DNA from: Podarcis liolepis
Lineage: Eukaryota
Reading direction: 5' to 3' (one strand)
Assembly (NCBI GenBank): GCA_965112155.1
Contig: OZ218103.1
DNA length: 64,000 nt
Made by a program: the position numbers and the translations under genes. The notes under the pieces were generated by a model. It ran no database searches, had not been told where the DNA came from, and was given only the letters and a program-made list of their open reading frames with translations. Shown here in pieces: positions 12,581 through 27,108 of the stretch. Position 1 is the stretch's first letter. Every line of letters begins with the position of its first letter.

Positions 12581-13404
12581 CTTCAAAGACGTATCAGCCA
12601 CAGAAATTGGGTTTGAATAATACAATCACAGTTAAATCTGGGACCTCAGAGACCATCTTGGCCACCCCTCTCAAAGTAAGAAATCTGCAGGATCAATGGT
12701 CATAAATCTCTACTTTAAAATCACTAATGAAGGAAAGTTTTTAACTGGGTACATTCATGCCTTTCCTCTGTTCGTAGGGATGTAAATGTTGGCACTCCCT
12801 ATGTAAATGGCCAGTACAGAAATTAAAATTAAGGTTTTAACCACTTGCTGCTGAACATTAGCTGTGCAGTCGAGCTGCCTGTGCTATTTAATGTATAGAT
12901 TCAAAGTGTATGCATTAATTCAGTTGTGTACACTATTATATTTTTGTTCTGAGAACTGCCCTGAGACCACCAGGTATAAGGCACTGTATAAATTCAATAA
13001 ATAATAATAATATTTGGCTAAGAACATGTGAGGGAAGGGCAATAGCTCAGTGATAGGCTGCATGCTTTGCGTGCAAAAGGTCCAAGGTTCAATCTCTGGC
13101 AGATTACTTTCTGAAACCCTGGAGAGTTGAAGCCTGTCAGGGTAGACTACATTGAGCAAGTGGACTAATAGTCTGCATTGGTATACTGCAGCTTCTTATA
13201 TTCCGCCTCATACATACATGGAGCAGTAAGGTGCAGCTGGTCATGCCTACCTGATGCAATACACATATATGTTATCATGTAACATGCACATTTAGTCATT
13301 TCAGTTGTACCAGTGTACTCTTACACAAATAAATGGCTGCTGCTGCTGCTGTTACTACTAATACTACTACACCATAGGAACCACCCCTTAGAACTAAGTG
13401 ACTT

Positions 13405-13915
13405 TGGTGTTGCCCCAGCTTCTGCCAACCTAGCAGTTCAAAAGCACACCAGTGCAAGTAGATAAATAGGTACCGCTGCAGCGGAAAGGTAAATGGTGTT
13501 TCCGTGCGCTCTGGTTTCTGTCACAGTGTCACATTGCGCCAGAAGCAGTTTAGTCATTCTGGCCACATGATCTGGAAAGCTGTCTGTGGACAAACGCCCG
13601 CTTCCTCAGCCTGAAGTGAGATGAGCGCTGCAACCCCATACAGTGGTACCTCAGGTTACAGGCGCTTCGGGTTACAAACTCCGCTAACCAGGAAGTGGTT
13701 GCTCCACGTTAAGAACTTTGCCCCAGGATAAGAACGGAAATTGCGTGCCAGTGGCGCAGCAGCAGTGAGAGGCCCCATTAGCGAAAGCATGCCTCAGGTT
13801 AAGAACAGCTTCAGGTTAAGAATGGACCTCCAGAAAAAATTAAGTTCTTAACCCGAGGTACCACTATAGTCAGATTCGACTGAACTTAACTGTCCAGGGC
13901 TCCTTTACCTTTACC
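13405..13915 (+). mobile_element. Sauria SINE (5'-truncated), interrupted by a mariner MITE
   Basis: GCCAACCTAGCAGTTC..GCAAGTAGATAAATAGGTACCGCT..GGCCACATGA..; resumes after the MITE with a CCTTTACCTTTACC tail. Confidence 0.85.
13641..13866. mobile_element. Tc1/mariner (Tigger-like) MITE
   Basis: TIRs CAGTGGTACCTC..GAGGTACCACT[A]; TA target duplication. Confidence 0.85.
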
Positions 13916-16900
13916 TTTTTCTTCACTACCTAATGTTATTACAGTATAATACTTTTTTCCCATTTTCTGTGTGGTGAATTATTTCCCCAAGCAGTCACTC
14001 TACACCTCAATGTGCTTCACACATTTTTTTTTCTGCATACAAAGATGCCAGGGGTGCCCATAGGAAGCTCAGTGGGTGATGAGGTAGGGGGCAAAGTTCA
14101 TTTCTGTAAGTGCAAGCTTTGTCCCATGTATTAGACTTTTAAATGAAAAGGGAAAGAATCTGGTGGGGGTGTAAGACCAGAACAGCATGTGGATATTTAT
14201 ACATATTTATATAGCCAACAAATTGTTTTCTGAGTATAGAAAAAATCAAGGGGACTCAAAATTATGGGAACATGGAATCATGAGGCTTTATCGCGGGATT
14301 CATTGCTACAAGCAGCAGAATAAGCAAGCGCTTAGCACACAGAGAATGCTTGGGCAAGATTTTTAAATAGAAAGTTGATGAACATGAACAAATGTCTAGC
14401 AATGAAGAACCCAGGATCAAGACAGGTAATAATTTTAGGGAACCAAATTTGCTTAGCTGTCTGGAACAGCAAGGCAAAGAATGGAACAAGGTTATTACCA
14501 AGGGGAAGACTAAAATATTTAGGGAGCCAGTCAGAAGGAAACACCCCAATTTGAATGGTGGCAGAAAAAGGAAATAAAAGACTGTGGTTGGGTGGAGACA
14601 GACAGGAGGCACTAGAGGAAGAAGGAATTGCATAAGTACAGGGGTGGTTAGGGGAGAAGACCTGGGATGAAGGAACTAATGAGAGAGAACCTAAGCAGGC
14701 ACAGGAGAAAGGATAGATGAGAAGGACAAAACTCAGCAAGATGGGATGAGTAAGCTGGCAAAAATGGGCTTTATATGTGTTCATAATTGTTGTGTATTTT
14801 TATGTTTCCTTTGTACTGTATTTCTGATTCTTTGGTCTGTTGTAGCTCTAGATTAATGAAACTTTCAACTATTTTGAACTTGTCTGATCTATCACTGCAT
14901 GGGTCAGATGATCAGAAAACCACAATGGACTCCAGGTTCACAGTAGGATCTCTGCTGGAAAGTGTTGGAGTCACAATGTAAAATATCTCACAAAAAGTCC
15001 TACAGGGGGCAGGCAGTTAGTTGCCTGGGGGTTGCTTGTCCCCCCACCTCCTCTGGTGCCACATATGAAGAAACTCCCATGTGGACATGCCCTCATCCCT
15101 TGGAGAGATGGTCCGTCCATCTTGACAACAGTAGAAATCAGGTCCCAGTCAAGTCAGACCGGAAGGTAGAAGGCGCCATTCTTCTCGCCCCCCATTAAGA
15201 TGGAAGGCAATATGTGCTCACACAGTGGTTTCCTGGCTAATGCAAAGACACAGCTTCATGCACTTAGTCACTGAATAAGAGGCTTAATCTCTTCCTTAAT
15301 TTGTGTGTCCTAGTTTCTTATACTGAATATGAATATTGCATTATTGCGTTTTTTCAGTCTTGTTTCTGTTTCTATGCAGGAGTAGTCATTTTCTGGGCGA
15401 GTCAAATGGAAACTCTTTAAACTACAATCCTATAAAAACTTACTTGGAAGTAAGTCCAGTTGAGCAAAGTCAGACATACACTCAAGTGTGGATGTATAGC
15501 AGGGATGTCCAACATGTCGATCGTGATCTACTGGTTGATCCCTGCAAGGTTTTGGTAGATTGCGGTCGATCGCTGACCCCCTTCCAGCCCCGGCCCCTCT
15601 CCCTGCGCCAGTGGTGTTAAGCACACAAAAGCAACTATATACATTATGTAGCAAAGCAGAATGAGCAAAATGTAACTGTCAGTATATTGTTGCTAGAGGC
15701 ATAAATTACAAAATAAACAATTCCAAAACACTATGAAAAATAGCTTTTCTGTATGCTCAGTAATATTTACAATTTTAAAAACTAGATGTTTCCAACCTTT
15801 TATCTAGTCTAAGAGGAAGATCATCCTAAGGCTGTAACAGTAACCATAATACTTTACCCCTGAACAATGAGATTTGTTGACTGAACAATATCAGCTTCTC
15901 CCCCCCTCTCAAATTACACAGTGTTATTTAGCTAGATGACTCCATTGACATTGATGGGAGCAGCCTAGCTAAATCCCATTCATCTCTTTAGATATATAGA
16001 AAGTTACAACTCAGAGTACAAGGAGATCCATTTTAATATTCTAAAAGTATGATTACAGTATGGGATTATGCTGGGCAAACAATGTTAATTCATATTTCCA
16101 CATAATGGAGATCATATTATAGGACTATTACAATAGCAACAAAGGATATGCAGTAAGTCTGCAGAGCTCCTGTTACATGTCATTATTTTATCATAAGATA
16201 CAAGATCATGTTTGCAAAGCAAAGGGAATCTCTAATCTGCAGCTTTGCACTAGTTGAAAGGTTCGTACAAATGTGGAACACCTCACATAAAGCTGAAATA
16301 CATTATGCTGAACTTGAAGCAATGGTCACACAAATCTTTTGAAATATTATTACAGTGCTGCTTGGACCACAATATCAGTGCACATTCAAAAAGGACATTG
16401 TTCGGGAATCATTCTTTTATGCCCAGATGAAAAGGTGACAGAATTCTTTTGTAAATGACAGGTAAGATGGGCAACAAATTCAGTAGATAAATTGTGTCAT
16501 CATTTTCACTTTTTTTTCCTGTGTAGTGGGTGTGAATCTACTCAGTTCTGGAGAAAGCTACAGCCACAAAGTAAGGGTCTAATTTTAAACAGACTGTGGG
16601 GAATCTCTCACAGGGGCAGGATAATTCTCCAGTGAAGCTTGCTTTAAACACTTTTGGAAATGCATTATTGCATGTATAGTTAAGGAAAGTATGTTATGAG
16701 TGGTACTCATATGTAAGAATGGCGTATAAAAGGAAAGGGAAGGGAAAGGGGGAATTTTGCTTGTTCTTCTCATAGACTTTCCTATTGGGCATCGATTCCA
16801 GAGATGGGCTACCAGGAGCTCATGAAATCTGAAACAGCAGCTGCAGGATTGCACATCAAGTTTCCTCTTTTGCTGCTGCTGCTTTGCAAGAGCAGTTGTA

Positions 16901-17868
16901 TGCTTCAGTTTCTTGTATAAAGCACCAACCTGCTATCATCGTTAGACAGGCATGCCTAACAGCAGATGATTCAGTGTGCTTCCAACATCTTTCATGTCAT
17001 TATCAAGGACATTCAGATGGCACATGAGAATAGACTGTGGCTTTGAAATAAAATTATTCTCTTCTTAGTGAAAGGCAAGGAGAATACGGGCTTTGTCTCT
17101 TAGAACAATTTTATCCATTATTCAAAAATCTTTGCAACCTTTAATTTATTAGATCAATGAGCATCATAACAGAGATGTGTATCATCCAGTCTTGGTTTGC
17201 AGAAGCATGATGAGAAAGCTCTAGAGAGCAACTGATTAAAAAGAATGTACTGGGGGGGTGTTTAAGACATTTTTAGTGATAATGAGAAGCAGAATTGCAG
17301 CCAAGAAATAATGCAATTCTGTCCTCAGTTTACACTAATTGAACAAGACAGAATTGTGATTGTCACTAAATCCCCTATGCCAGTGCAACTCCTAAGTTAC
17401 ATGGCATAGTAGTGACTGAGGATGGATTCAGTTTACATTTATGTTGATGTGCTAAGATTCAAACTAGAAATTGGAGAGATCAATTATGTTCTATTGAAGT
17501 GATGTTCTGGAACATCCCTTGAAAACTGAGAGGTTTCAGTCGTACATAAGATTTCACTATGAACAACTATCTGGTCATAGCAGGCTTTACATATTAGGGT
17601 ATTATAGGTTTTGGGGATAGCCAGGGAAACCGATGATAGAAATAAATGTGTCCTGTCTCATACATTTAAAAAACTGAGTCTCATGGAATCAACAAGTTTT
17701 CTTAAAATATGGACAGAAACCATAAGAAGTGATTTTAAAAGATTTGCCTCTGCAAAGAGAAACATAAACTCTAATTAGGCACAAGTAACAAAACAAAAAA
17801 AGAAAGCCCAAAACTTTATTGCCCAGATGACTCAAGAAGAATGAAAACAACGATCAAAATCAAGTCTA

Positions 17869-18110
17869 CAGTAGTACCTCGGGTTAAGTACTTAATTTGT
17901 TCCAGAGGTCCATACTTAACCTGAAACTGTTCTTAACCTGAAGCACCACTTTAGCTAATGGGGCCTCCTGCTGCTGCTGCGCCGCCAGAGCACGATTTCT
18001 GTTCTCATCCTGAAGCAAAGTTCTTAACCTGAAGCACTATTTCTGGGTTAGTGGAGTCTGTAACCTGAAGCATTTGTAACCTGAAGCGTATGTAACCCGA
18101 GGTACCACTG
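17869..18110. mobile_element. Tc1/mariner (Tigger-like) MITE
   Basis: TIRs CAGTAGTACCTCGGGTTA..TAACCCGAGGTACCACTG; flanked by TA. Confidence 0.88.
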
Positions 18111-18159
18111 TATATCTATATATTAAAGGGTCAAGGGACCCCTGACCGTTAGGTCCAGC

Positions 18160-18334
18160 CAGTGGCGTAGCGTGGGTTGTCAGCACCCGGGGCAAGGCAA
18201 GTAATTTGCGCCCCCTAACCCGTGGATTTTAGCACTCGAGCCAGGTAGGGGCAGAGAGCTGCGAGTGCGAGCGCCCCCCCAGATGTTGCGCCCGGTGCGG
18301 CCGCCCCCCCTGCACCCCCCACGCTACGCCACTG
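18160..18334. mobile_element. Young hAT MITE inside a minus-strand Sauria SINE fragment (~18125-18395)
   Basis: Perfect 17-bp TIRs CAGTGGCGTAGCGTGGG / CCCACGCTACGCCACTG; perfect 8-bp TSD GGTCCAGC at 18152-18159 and 18335-18342. Confidence 0.9.
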
Positions 18335-21300
18335 GGTCCAGCCATGGACGACTCTGGGGTTGCAGCACTCATCGCGCTTTATTGGCCAAGGGAGCATACA
18401 TTAAAGAGCAGTAAATCCTAAGCAGGCCAAAGTGGGTTAATTTGTTGGCTAAATCTTTGTCATTAATGAATCAATTGATGTAGTTGACAGTCTGCCCTAG
18501 CTTTTTATAACCTTCAGGGCTGCAAACAGTCAATTAATTCAGTGGGTCACATTATTATTTGCAGATTTTGAATGTGAATTTTAATTGAATCTTAATCAGT
18601 GCTGCTTCATAAACGTGTTCCATGCAGCTGATGTTGTAAACAATGTGGATAGTTTGTTTCAGGCTACACGTTGAAGATGATTTTCCAAATTGTAATTGAT
18701 TTGTCTGTATTATTTAGCAAAATTAAACTTATCATCTGTAACAAGACAGTATAGAGATTTTAACCCATTAACAAACCAATTGAAAGCATCACAACTAACA
18801 GGAAAGGTAATCCGATGGTCCTGCCACAATGGGAGGGGGTAGTATGTGAGGATAAATCGTCAGGCCTCGTATCACATCCATGGCTGAAGATGATATGTGC
18901 TGGGGCCCATCACCAAGGATGACACCTCCCAGGGCTTCTGCTCTGCGTCAGGTTCCAAAGTAATTGGACCACCTCAGGCTGCAAAGTATCTTGGAGTGAT
19001 CCTGCCTTTCACTACCTCCTCACCTCCACAAAATTTCTAGTTGCAAGCCTGAGAGACAGGGAGGCTATCCTGAACTTATACAAGTTGGGAGGTGGGATGT
19101 AAACAATATAGGGTGGGGCACTGGGGATGCTGAAACAGAGGATCACTCAAAATCTGGTGGAATTCCACACAAGATTTGACAATTTTCCCTTCCCCATTCA
19201 AGCTTCCTGCCTGCCCCCACCCCAGAGTTGCATCCTCAGGGTAGCTGAAGCTAGATCATACTAGGGGGTAGGCAAAGATCTGTTGGTACATCACGGTTCT
19301 CTTCACCACATATCCAGACCATAATTCAACCCATTTTTATTGTGCCATACTGCCAGCTCACTTCTGGAAGTTTTGTAGCATGTGAAATACAGATGCATGT
19401 GATTTTCCCTCATGCTGGCCCTCAGTGCAGAAACCGAGTTTTCTCCCAGCACAGATAAAGCCATCAGTCAGTTGGGCCAAACAATCACTGATTCAAATTT
19501 CAACCCTTTGTACCCTGTACTATTCATTTTCCCATAGTCTTTTCAACAACCTCAGAGGGTGTGATGATTGATGTCATTACTAAGAAGTGCCAGAAACATT
19601 CCCTCTCATCGCATTATCAGAAACTTATCACTATCAAAGAACCCATCAGACTGAGGAAAATGTAATGGGGAAGGTCATAAATATTTATTTTGCCTAGGCA
19701 GGAAAGAGTTACACCTAGATTGTCAACAAAAATGTGGCCTTAATTGTAGAACTTAATTTCCAAGAGTCATGCATGCATTAGCCAATTAAGGAAGGAAGAA
19801 GCAGGGAAACAGATCAAACTTCAATAATGAATTTGGAACAACGACACAAACATTTTTATTTAACCATTTTCTCTGGGAATTAAAGCCATATTAGGAGGTC
19901 ATACACAATCCAGACTATTCTTCCTTCCCCAGATCTTGCATTAGACCTTCTGTGCTGCTTTCCACAATCATTTATTCAGTGTTTAATGTTTTGAGGCCAC
20001 TCATTTCCTTCCTATGCCTGAGTTGTTATCAAAGACAGACATCCCCCATTTTATGTTTCTCCTTCTGGAAATCCTATTAGTCATATATCACCAAACATTG
20101 GATTGATTTGACACAGTGGTATATCTGAAAATAATGATGCTGTCTGTTTTAGTCCTCTTGTTCCCATTCTGCTTTCTGAAAACTGCATTGTTTCAATTTT
20201 TTACACTCATGATCTAAATATATCCTCTCTTTGTGCAGATGTGATGTGACCCTGTCCCAGTATTGTATGCAGAGGAGAGTGTAAGATGCAGGCTGTGGCC
20301 ATTCCTAAGCCTAGGAGACAAGCTGAGATGTTCATGTAATTGCATATCCTGATGTCTTTGGTTAAAAGCGGGTGCAGTAGGGAGAATTTGGTTTGGTACC
20401 ATGGTATTGGGGGAAGAAGAGTTAACCCTGCCTGGTCTTTCTCCATACTGTTTTTTATTATTTAGATCATTCCTCTCTCCAAGAGACAGCTATCATACAA
20501 GTCCCTGTCTTTCTCTGCCACCATGGTTAATAGCAGCTTTGAGTGTGATCTAAACTGGGGACAAGACACTGGAGGCAGAGTGTTAAAATTTATATCCAAG
20601 CAGCGCAGGCCCAGTTTAAATTGCCCATCCTCACACAAAAATGTTGGGAGATCTGATCATGGATCAGAGGATCTCCCATGTTAATTGTGTTGCGGTAAAG
20701 AATCCTTACTCCCACTTAAGTGTCTTCCGCAGGAAGAAGACTTCCTGGAGCTCAAGAGAGAGAAAACACATCATATCCTCCCAGTTGACTTCACTCTTGT
20801 TTTCTTCTTGTAACCATTGCCCCTGGGAACTGGCAGAGAAAAAGAAATTCAGATTTATGTAGCTGGTATGGTGAAATATGTATGCAGATCAAAGACTATA
20901 AAGACTGAAATAATACAAAAACAGCACTTATAGCACATGGGAGAGAAAGTTAAGTGAAAAGATTAGCTGTTAGTCCTCTCCCCTCAAGTCTGGTGGCCTG
21001 TCCTCCTTTCAAAAAGATAATGATAACAAAGTTAGTGACCGCCTACAAAATCCTGATGAGCATGATGCTTTCTCATTCCTTCATGTTGCATTTACCCAGG
21101 TCGCAGTTAGGTTTGCATCTGCATGGGAAGAGCATGACTTCTGCACTGAGATGAGATCCCTGTCTATGGCAGTGTGCCTCTTTAAATGCCACACATTATT
21201 AAGACAGACAGCCCCAGCCCCTAGCACAGGCTCCACTGCCTAGCCAAATGCCAATATGTTGCAACCATACATCAGTTCTAAGTACTTTCTCTCTAACTGG

Positions 21301-24300
21301 GCATCAGCTTGTATGTATGAAAGAGCCTGAGCTGGATGTGTCAATTTTGAATATGGACAAGGTGCTTAATCAGCCGAGGAACCCAAATCCCCTTTGCCAC
21401 AGCCAGGGGCACTGGGGCTTGAATTGGGCAGAGGTACCCTCCACACAGCCCTGCCAGCCCCCAGCAGGCTTCTGCCAACCACTGCCTGCAGAGGGATGCC
21501 ACCATCACTCTGCTGCTGCTGAACTCCTGCTTTGAGTGGAAGTGTAGTGTGGGGGTTTGCATTGTTGACGGCCTGTAAAAAAACAATGGGGGCATGGCAC
21601 AGCACAAAATGGCTGCCACATCCAAAACAGCTGAAAAGGAAATTACACACACACACACACACCACATTGGCCACACCACCAATGGGGGAAAGACCTGCTT
21701 CAGCCACTGCCATGCTACCTCTTTGCACCTCTCCTCTGTTCAGAATCAATGGGAGAGTGGTTATCCAATGAAACACGGGTCTGATGGAGAGACTGAGCCA
21801 GTGCAAACAGGAACTGAGTGAGGTGAGTAAACAGTCTCTTGTGGGATGTGGATAGAGATGGAGGTAGAATTCAGTTTAGTTTGCCTTTGAGCCTATGCAA
21901 TTCACACTTTGGAAACAATACACAAACCAAAACACAGCAGTCCTTCAAAATTCATAGTTCTCTGAATTTTTCAATGCCGTTCCCCTGTCAAGTAATCCAT
22001 ACCAAAAAAAGGCATATTATATGGTAAAGTATGCACAGAAATGCATATATTAGTGAACATAACAATCCAAACTGTATTGTGTAGGGCAAAACTGCATGCA
22101 AAAATGTGTACATTAGAATAAATTCATAACGCTGATTAAAAGAAAACAATTGCAATCAAATATGGAAATGTGGGGAATGAGTTTAAGACTAGAAAAATGA
22201 GGGGGGGAGTTAAGTTTGTTGCTTTGTGTCCTTCTCTCACTGGATTTATTTAGCCTTCTCCCCTGATCCAACCTTCAAATTTGTCTTATTAATTGCCTTA
22301 ACTTAACTGAACACATATAGGTCAATTGCATAGACAGGTAGTCACAACCATTCACCTGCAGCTACCACACCTGTCAAGTGTTCAGTTGCTTCAGCGGCTG
22401 CAGTTTCCATCTCTTTTGTTCTTGTCTCTTCTTTCAATTCCACCTGATGTTTTCAGCTTCAGGACTGAAAGAGAGGTGGAATGTTTTCTGGTCTATCAAT
22501 GATGAGACATCATGAATAAACCAAGTATAGAACTCAGTGAAGAACTGTCTAAAAATGAAAGTATCACAAAGGGAAGACCAGTAACTTGCCAACTTTAAAT
22601 TGAGGATAACACCTCCTTGGAGTATGTGTGTCCTACATATTTCTTAAAACAGCAGCAGAGTCATGTGACAACCTATAAACTTGCTCTTGTTCTGTTTTCT
22701 GTATGCCTTGCAGCAACCGAAATGTCAAAGGAGTCACTTACAGATATCTGCTGTTTAAAACAAAGAGGGCCATATCCCAAGATGGTATCTATTTGTGTCA
22801 CTTCACTGAAATCAGCTGAGCGATGCTGATTCACACCAGCTCAAGAAATCATTCAGAAGACTCTCTGCCATGTTAGGTGACCTTCCATAGCCACACAGAA
22901 GCACTGGGCCAAAAATTACTTACATCCCCTTCTTCATCCATTGTGCCAATCTATGTGCTCCAGTTCTACGGTGAGATAGAGAAGGCATACCAAGCCATAG
23001 CTTTCTGTATGAAGTTGTCATACCACTGTACACATTGTTGTGAGTCTCTGGAGTGGTACAGGACATGGTTCATGGGCCAGATCTGGCAGGGCACATCCTT
23101 TTGTTAGATTAACTACAATCAATATGTTGCCATAGAAATGAAATGTTTCGCCAGCTACTTCTTGAAGTAGGATCATTTTAGGAATGTTCTGAGTAGGAAA
23201 AACTGAGAAGAGAAGGGGGCAGGTCTTCCTCTTTGTCATGCCTGACTCAGGTCTGAGCCAGGACAACTTCTCCTCCCATGAAGACCCCCTGACACAAAAT
23301 CTGAAGAGCCTATGGAGGCTCCTGACTCTAGCATTGCAACAGCCACTTCCACCATCTCCAGAGAAACAATGCCAGGCCCTTGACAAATCAAGGCAGGGCA
23401 CTCCTTCCCAGCAAAGGGCACAGTAATCCAGGTGCCTGTCTATACAGGACAGACAGCAGTTTGAGTTGGAAAGAAGTGAAGGGACAGAGAGCTGAGTTTA
23501 ATATCTGTATGGATCACAGGTTTCTGGCAGTCTCCATAGAGATCTTGTGTAGGACCAGTGGACTTCAAGCCTATCTGTTTTGAATGTTTAAGCTGCATCT
23601 CTCCAACTCTGCTCAACTTGTACATTTGTAAACACTGTAAATGTAAATATTTTATCTCCAGTGACTTCCAAAAGAAAACCAAACCTGGGTTAGCAGCACC
23701 CCTAAAACTTCACACTACTCATTAAAGTGGAGTTTTCCCAGGGTGAGGCTCATCCATTGCACTCTGGGTGCACTGACCCCTGCAATTTCCCCAAATATGG
23801 GAAACTTGACTGAGTAATTTATGATTAGAATAGTTTGCTGGCTCGACATTTCTACTGCACATCTTCAGCATCCCCTTTCAACTTGTCTAAAAGTTGTTTG
23901 GAGCCAATAATGGCCTCCTGTGAGTATTATGTTCTGTGATAGCAGTTGCTGACATAAAAGCAAATCAGATTAGAAGAGATTTGTTCCTCAGAACCACACA
24001 TTTGTAAGATGAATTAAAAATAATTCAGTTTATAGAGGAATCTTCTAGAGAAGGATTATATCTTAAGCAGAAGTCCCATGATAGAAAGTACTAGAACAAC
24101 TCATAAAAACATTTGATGTTCATGGTATATAAGTGAAGGAACTGGGTTCAAAAGTTTGCTCACTGCTGAAGTTTAATGGCACTTTAGCCCACAAGTATTT
24201 CACATCATTACAGTTAGTACAGAAACGCTGGCTGATTAGGAATAAGAATAACCTTTCTTCATTATTCCTAATCATCAAAGGACAGAAAGAACAATTAGGT

Positions 24301-24773
24301 TAATGCCATATTCATATGCAAGATTAAGTGGTTTTATTAAAAATGGATACGCAGCTTATTCCTGTTTTGCTCCCTCTGAATAGCAGACTGGGGGTCTGTC
24401 CAATAATTGTTTGGCTACAGAAATGGTCATAGTAACAAATAATTTCCCATGGAGCCTGGGAAAGTTCCTATGGGCTGGTGCTGAAGCAGGAACACTTGAA
24501 CTCAAAATTAGAATAATATGGATTCACATATTGTAGTGTAGCAACTATTAAGAGAGAATGGTTTTTGAAGGAAAGTTATAATGTGTGTGTGGTGTGATGG
24601 GCTTGCTTTTATGTTTGTGTGTATGCTCTGAGCAGTTGTTTCATTGTTTGCTATACTAATATAGCAGGTTTGGGGTACTAATAAAAATATTTAAAATACA
24701 ACTATAAGACATAAAAAAGCAAAAAATATATAACAACATAAAAATTCCAGCAGCAGAGAGTAAAAGCAGTATA

Positions 24774-25124
24774 CAGTGGTACCTCGCAAGACGAATGCCT
24801 CGCAAGACAAAAAACTCGCTAGACGAAAGGGGTTTTTGTTTTTTGAGCTGCTTCACAAGACGATTTTCCCTATGGGCTTGCTTTGCAAGACGGAAACATC
24901 TTGCAAGCTTGTTTCCTTTTTCTTAACACAATACAGTTGCGACTTGACTTTGAGGAGCAACTCATAAAACGCGGTGTGGTAGCCTTTTTTTAGGTTTTTA
25001 AAGACTTTGGTGATTTTTGAAGCTTTTCCCAAACTTTCCCGACACCGTGCTTCGCAAGACGAAAAAAATCGCAAGACGACAAAACTCGCGGAACGAATTA
25101 ATTTCGTCTTGCGAGGCACCACTG
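24774..25124. mobile_element. Tc1/mariner MITE, second subfamily
   Basis: TIRs CAGTGGTACCTCGCAAGACGAA..TTCGTCTTGCGAGGCACCACTG; TA TSD; internal GCAAGACG repeats. Confidence 0.88.
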
Positions 25125-25174
25125 TAATGTTTTGGGTTCTCTTATTTTTTTAGAAGTGGTAATGGTGCCTGAAA

Positions 25175-25441
25175 TCTGCCAACCTAGCTGTTTGAAAGCA
25201 CGCCAAAAAGTGCAAGTAGATAAATAGGTGCCGCTCCAGCAGGAAGGTAAACGACGTTTCCGAGCACTGCTCTGGTTTTGGTGTTCTGTTGCGCCAGAAG
25301 CGGCTTAGTCATGCTGGCCACATGACCCGGAAAAACTGTCTGCGGACAAACGCCGGCTCTCTCGGCCAGTAAAGCATGATGAGCGCCGCAACCCCAGGGT
25401 CATCTGCAACTGGACTTAACTCTCAGGGGTCCTTTACCTTT
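25175..25441 (+). mobile_element. Sauria SINE (5'-truncated)
   Basis: Same body as the copies at 13405 and 28562; ends GGGGTCCTTTACCTT. Confidence 0.85.
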
Positions 25442-26318
25442 TTAAGAATATAAGAATAACTTGTTGGATCAACCCAGTGGTCCGTCCAGTCCAGCATTCT
25501 GTTTTCACAGTGGCCAACCAGATGCCAATCAGAAGCCACAAGCAGGATATGAGGATCTGAGGTACTCTCCCCTGCTGCAGTTTCCAGCAAGTTGTATTCA
25601 GAAGTATACTGCCCCCAACAGTGGAATTAGAACATAGCAAGTGGGTTATCAGCACACTCATCCACAATCAGCAGCCTTGGATCAGAAAAGGTTAAATTGA
25701 GAATGGAAAATGACTCCTCCATCTCTTGAGCATTCATATTGGTGTAAAAGCAGGTTTCTGAGTTCAACTTCCAATCTTGATATATGCCATTTAATTGTTT
25801 GATTGCTGGATGTGATAGCGACTTGGTGTACTCAGACCCATCCCTGTATTGATGTACCTTCACACCATCACTAACCTCAGGTTCTTTGCTGATAGGTCTT
25901 ATCTGTGGGGCTACAGTCAGAATTTCTGTCTCCACTATCCTGACCAGTGTACCAGTTATGGCATTCAAATCCAAAACTTCCTTTTCCAGTGTGATAATTC
26001 TGCAAAGATTCCCTTTGCTGTTTGTCTAGACAGGAGACATTGGTCATGCAAAAGTTCCCACAGTGAATAAGTTTCAGTCTGTGTTGCGGCTGAGTCTATC
26101 ACACCAAGATTGCTATTACACCTAGCTGAGGTTTCATTACATGGAAGAAGGTGAGATTGCCTTGGAGCATATCTATCAGTGCCTAACATGTCCAGATGAA
26201 TTGGCCAGTTAGCTAAGCTTTCATTAGAGGAATATGTAGCAAAACCTCTCACTTGGGTTTAGGCTTTTCCAGCCCCATTACTTGCACTCTCACAATGTAA
26301 AGGGCCAGGCTTGTCCAT

Positions 26319-26834
26319 GTTGTTGTTGTTGTTTAGTCGTTTAGTCATGTCTGACTCTTCGTGACCCCGTGTACTAGAGTACGCCAGGCACTCCTGTCTT
26401 CCACTGCCTCCCGCAGTTTGGTCAAACTCATGCTGGTAGCTTCGAGAACACTGTCCAACCATCTCGTCCTCTGTTGTCCCCTTCTCCTTGTGCCCTCCAA
26501 CATCAGGGTCTTTTCCAAGGAGTCTTCTCTTCTCATGAGGTGACCAAAGTATTGGAGCCTCAGCTTCACGATCTGTCCTTCCAGTGAGCACTCGGGGCTG
26601 ATTTCCTTCAGAATGGATAGGTTTGATCTTCTTGCAGTCCATGGGACTCTCAAGAGTCTCCTCCAGCACCATAATTTAAAAGCATCAATTCTTCGGCGAT
26701 CAGCCTTCTTTATGGTCCAGCTCTCACTTCCATACATCACTACTGGGAAAACCATAGTTTTAACTATATGGACCTTTGTTGGCAAGGTAATGTCTCTGCT
26801 TTTTAAGATGTTGTCTAGGTTTGTCATTGCTTTT
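26319..26834 (-). mobile_element. Bov-B LINE 3' fragment
   Basis: Translation AMTNLDNILKSRDITLPTKVHIVKTMVFPVVMYGSESW..WCWRRLLRVPWTARRSN..YFGHLMRR; (CAA)n tail at 26319-26335. Confidence 0.95.
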
Positions 26835-27108
26835 ACCTCTGCCTCCCTTGCCGAGTCACAATAGTCCAGCATAGATTTTTGGACTAAATTTGGCAATGGA
26901 GTTCTGAAGTACTGCAGGTCTGTGCTCTTGTAATAACCATGTTAAGAACTGTTAAATGTGCTGAGTATCCTTTGGTCGATATGGTCTTCTAAGTGTTTCT
27001 TATCAGTTAAAAACGCTGAGCCAAAACAGCTGCTCTTCCAACTCCTGTCCTTCAGTGAAAATATATGGCTTTTAAGCCCACATAGAAGTAAAACAGATAA
27101 AACAGATA

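Noticed and set aside
24774-25124. Spaced short direct repeats (GCAAGACG) resembling a CRISPR-like array
   Set aside because: Irregular subterminal repeats inside a mariner MITE in a vertebrate genome.
25627-26252. Possible endogenous viral element
   Set aside because: No recognisable viral protein motif; kept only as part of the low-confidence decayed-gene candidate.
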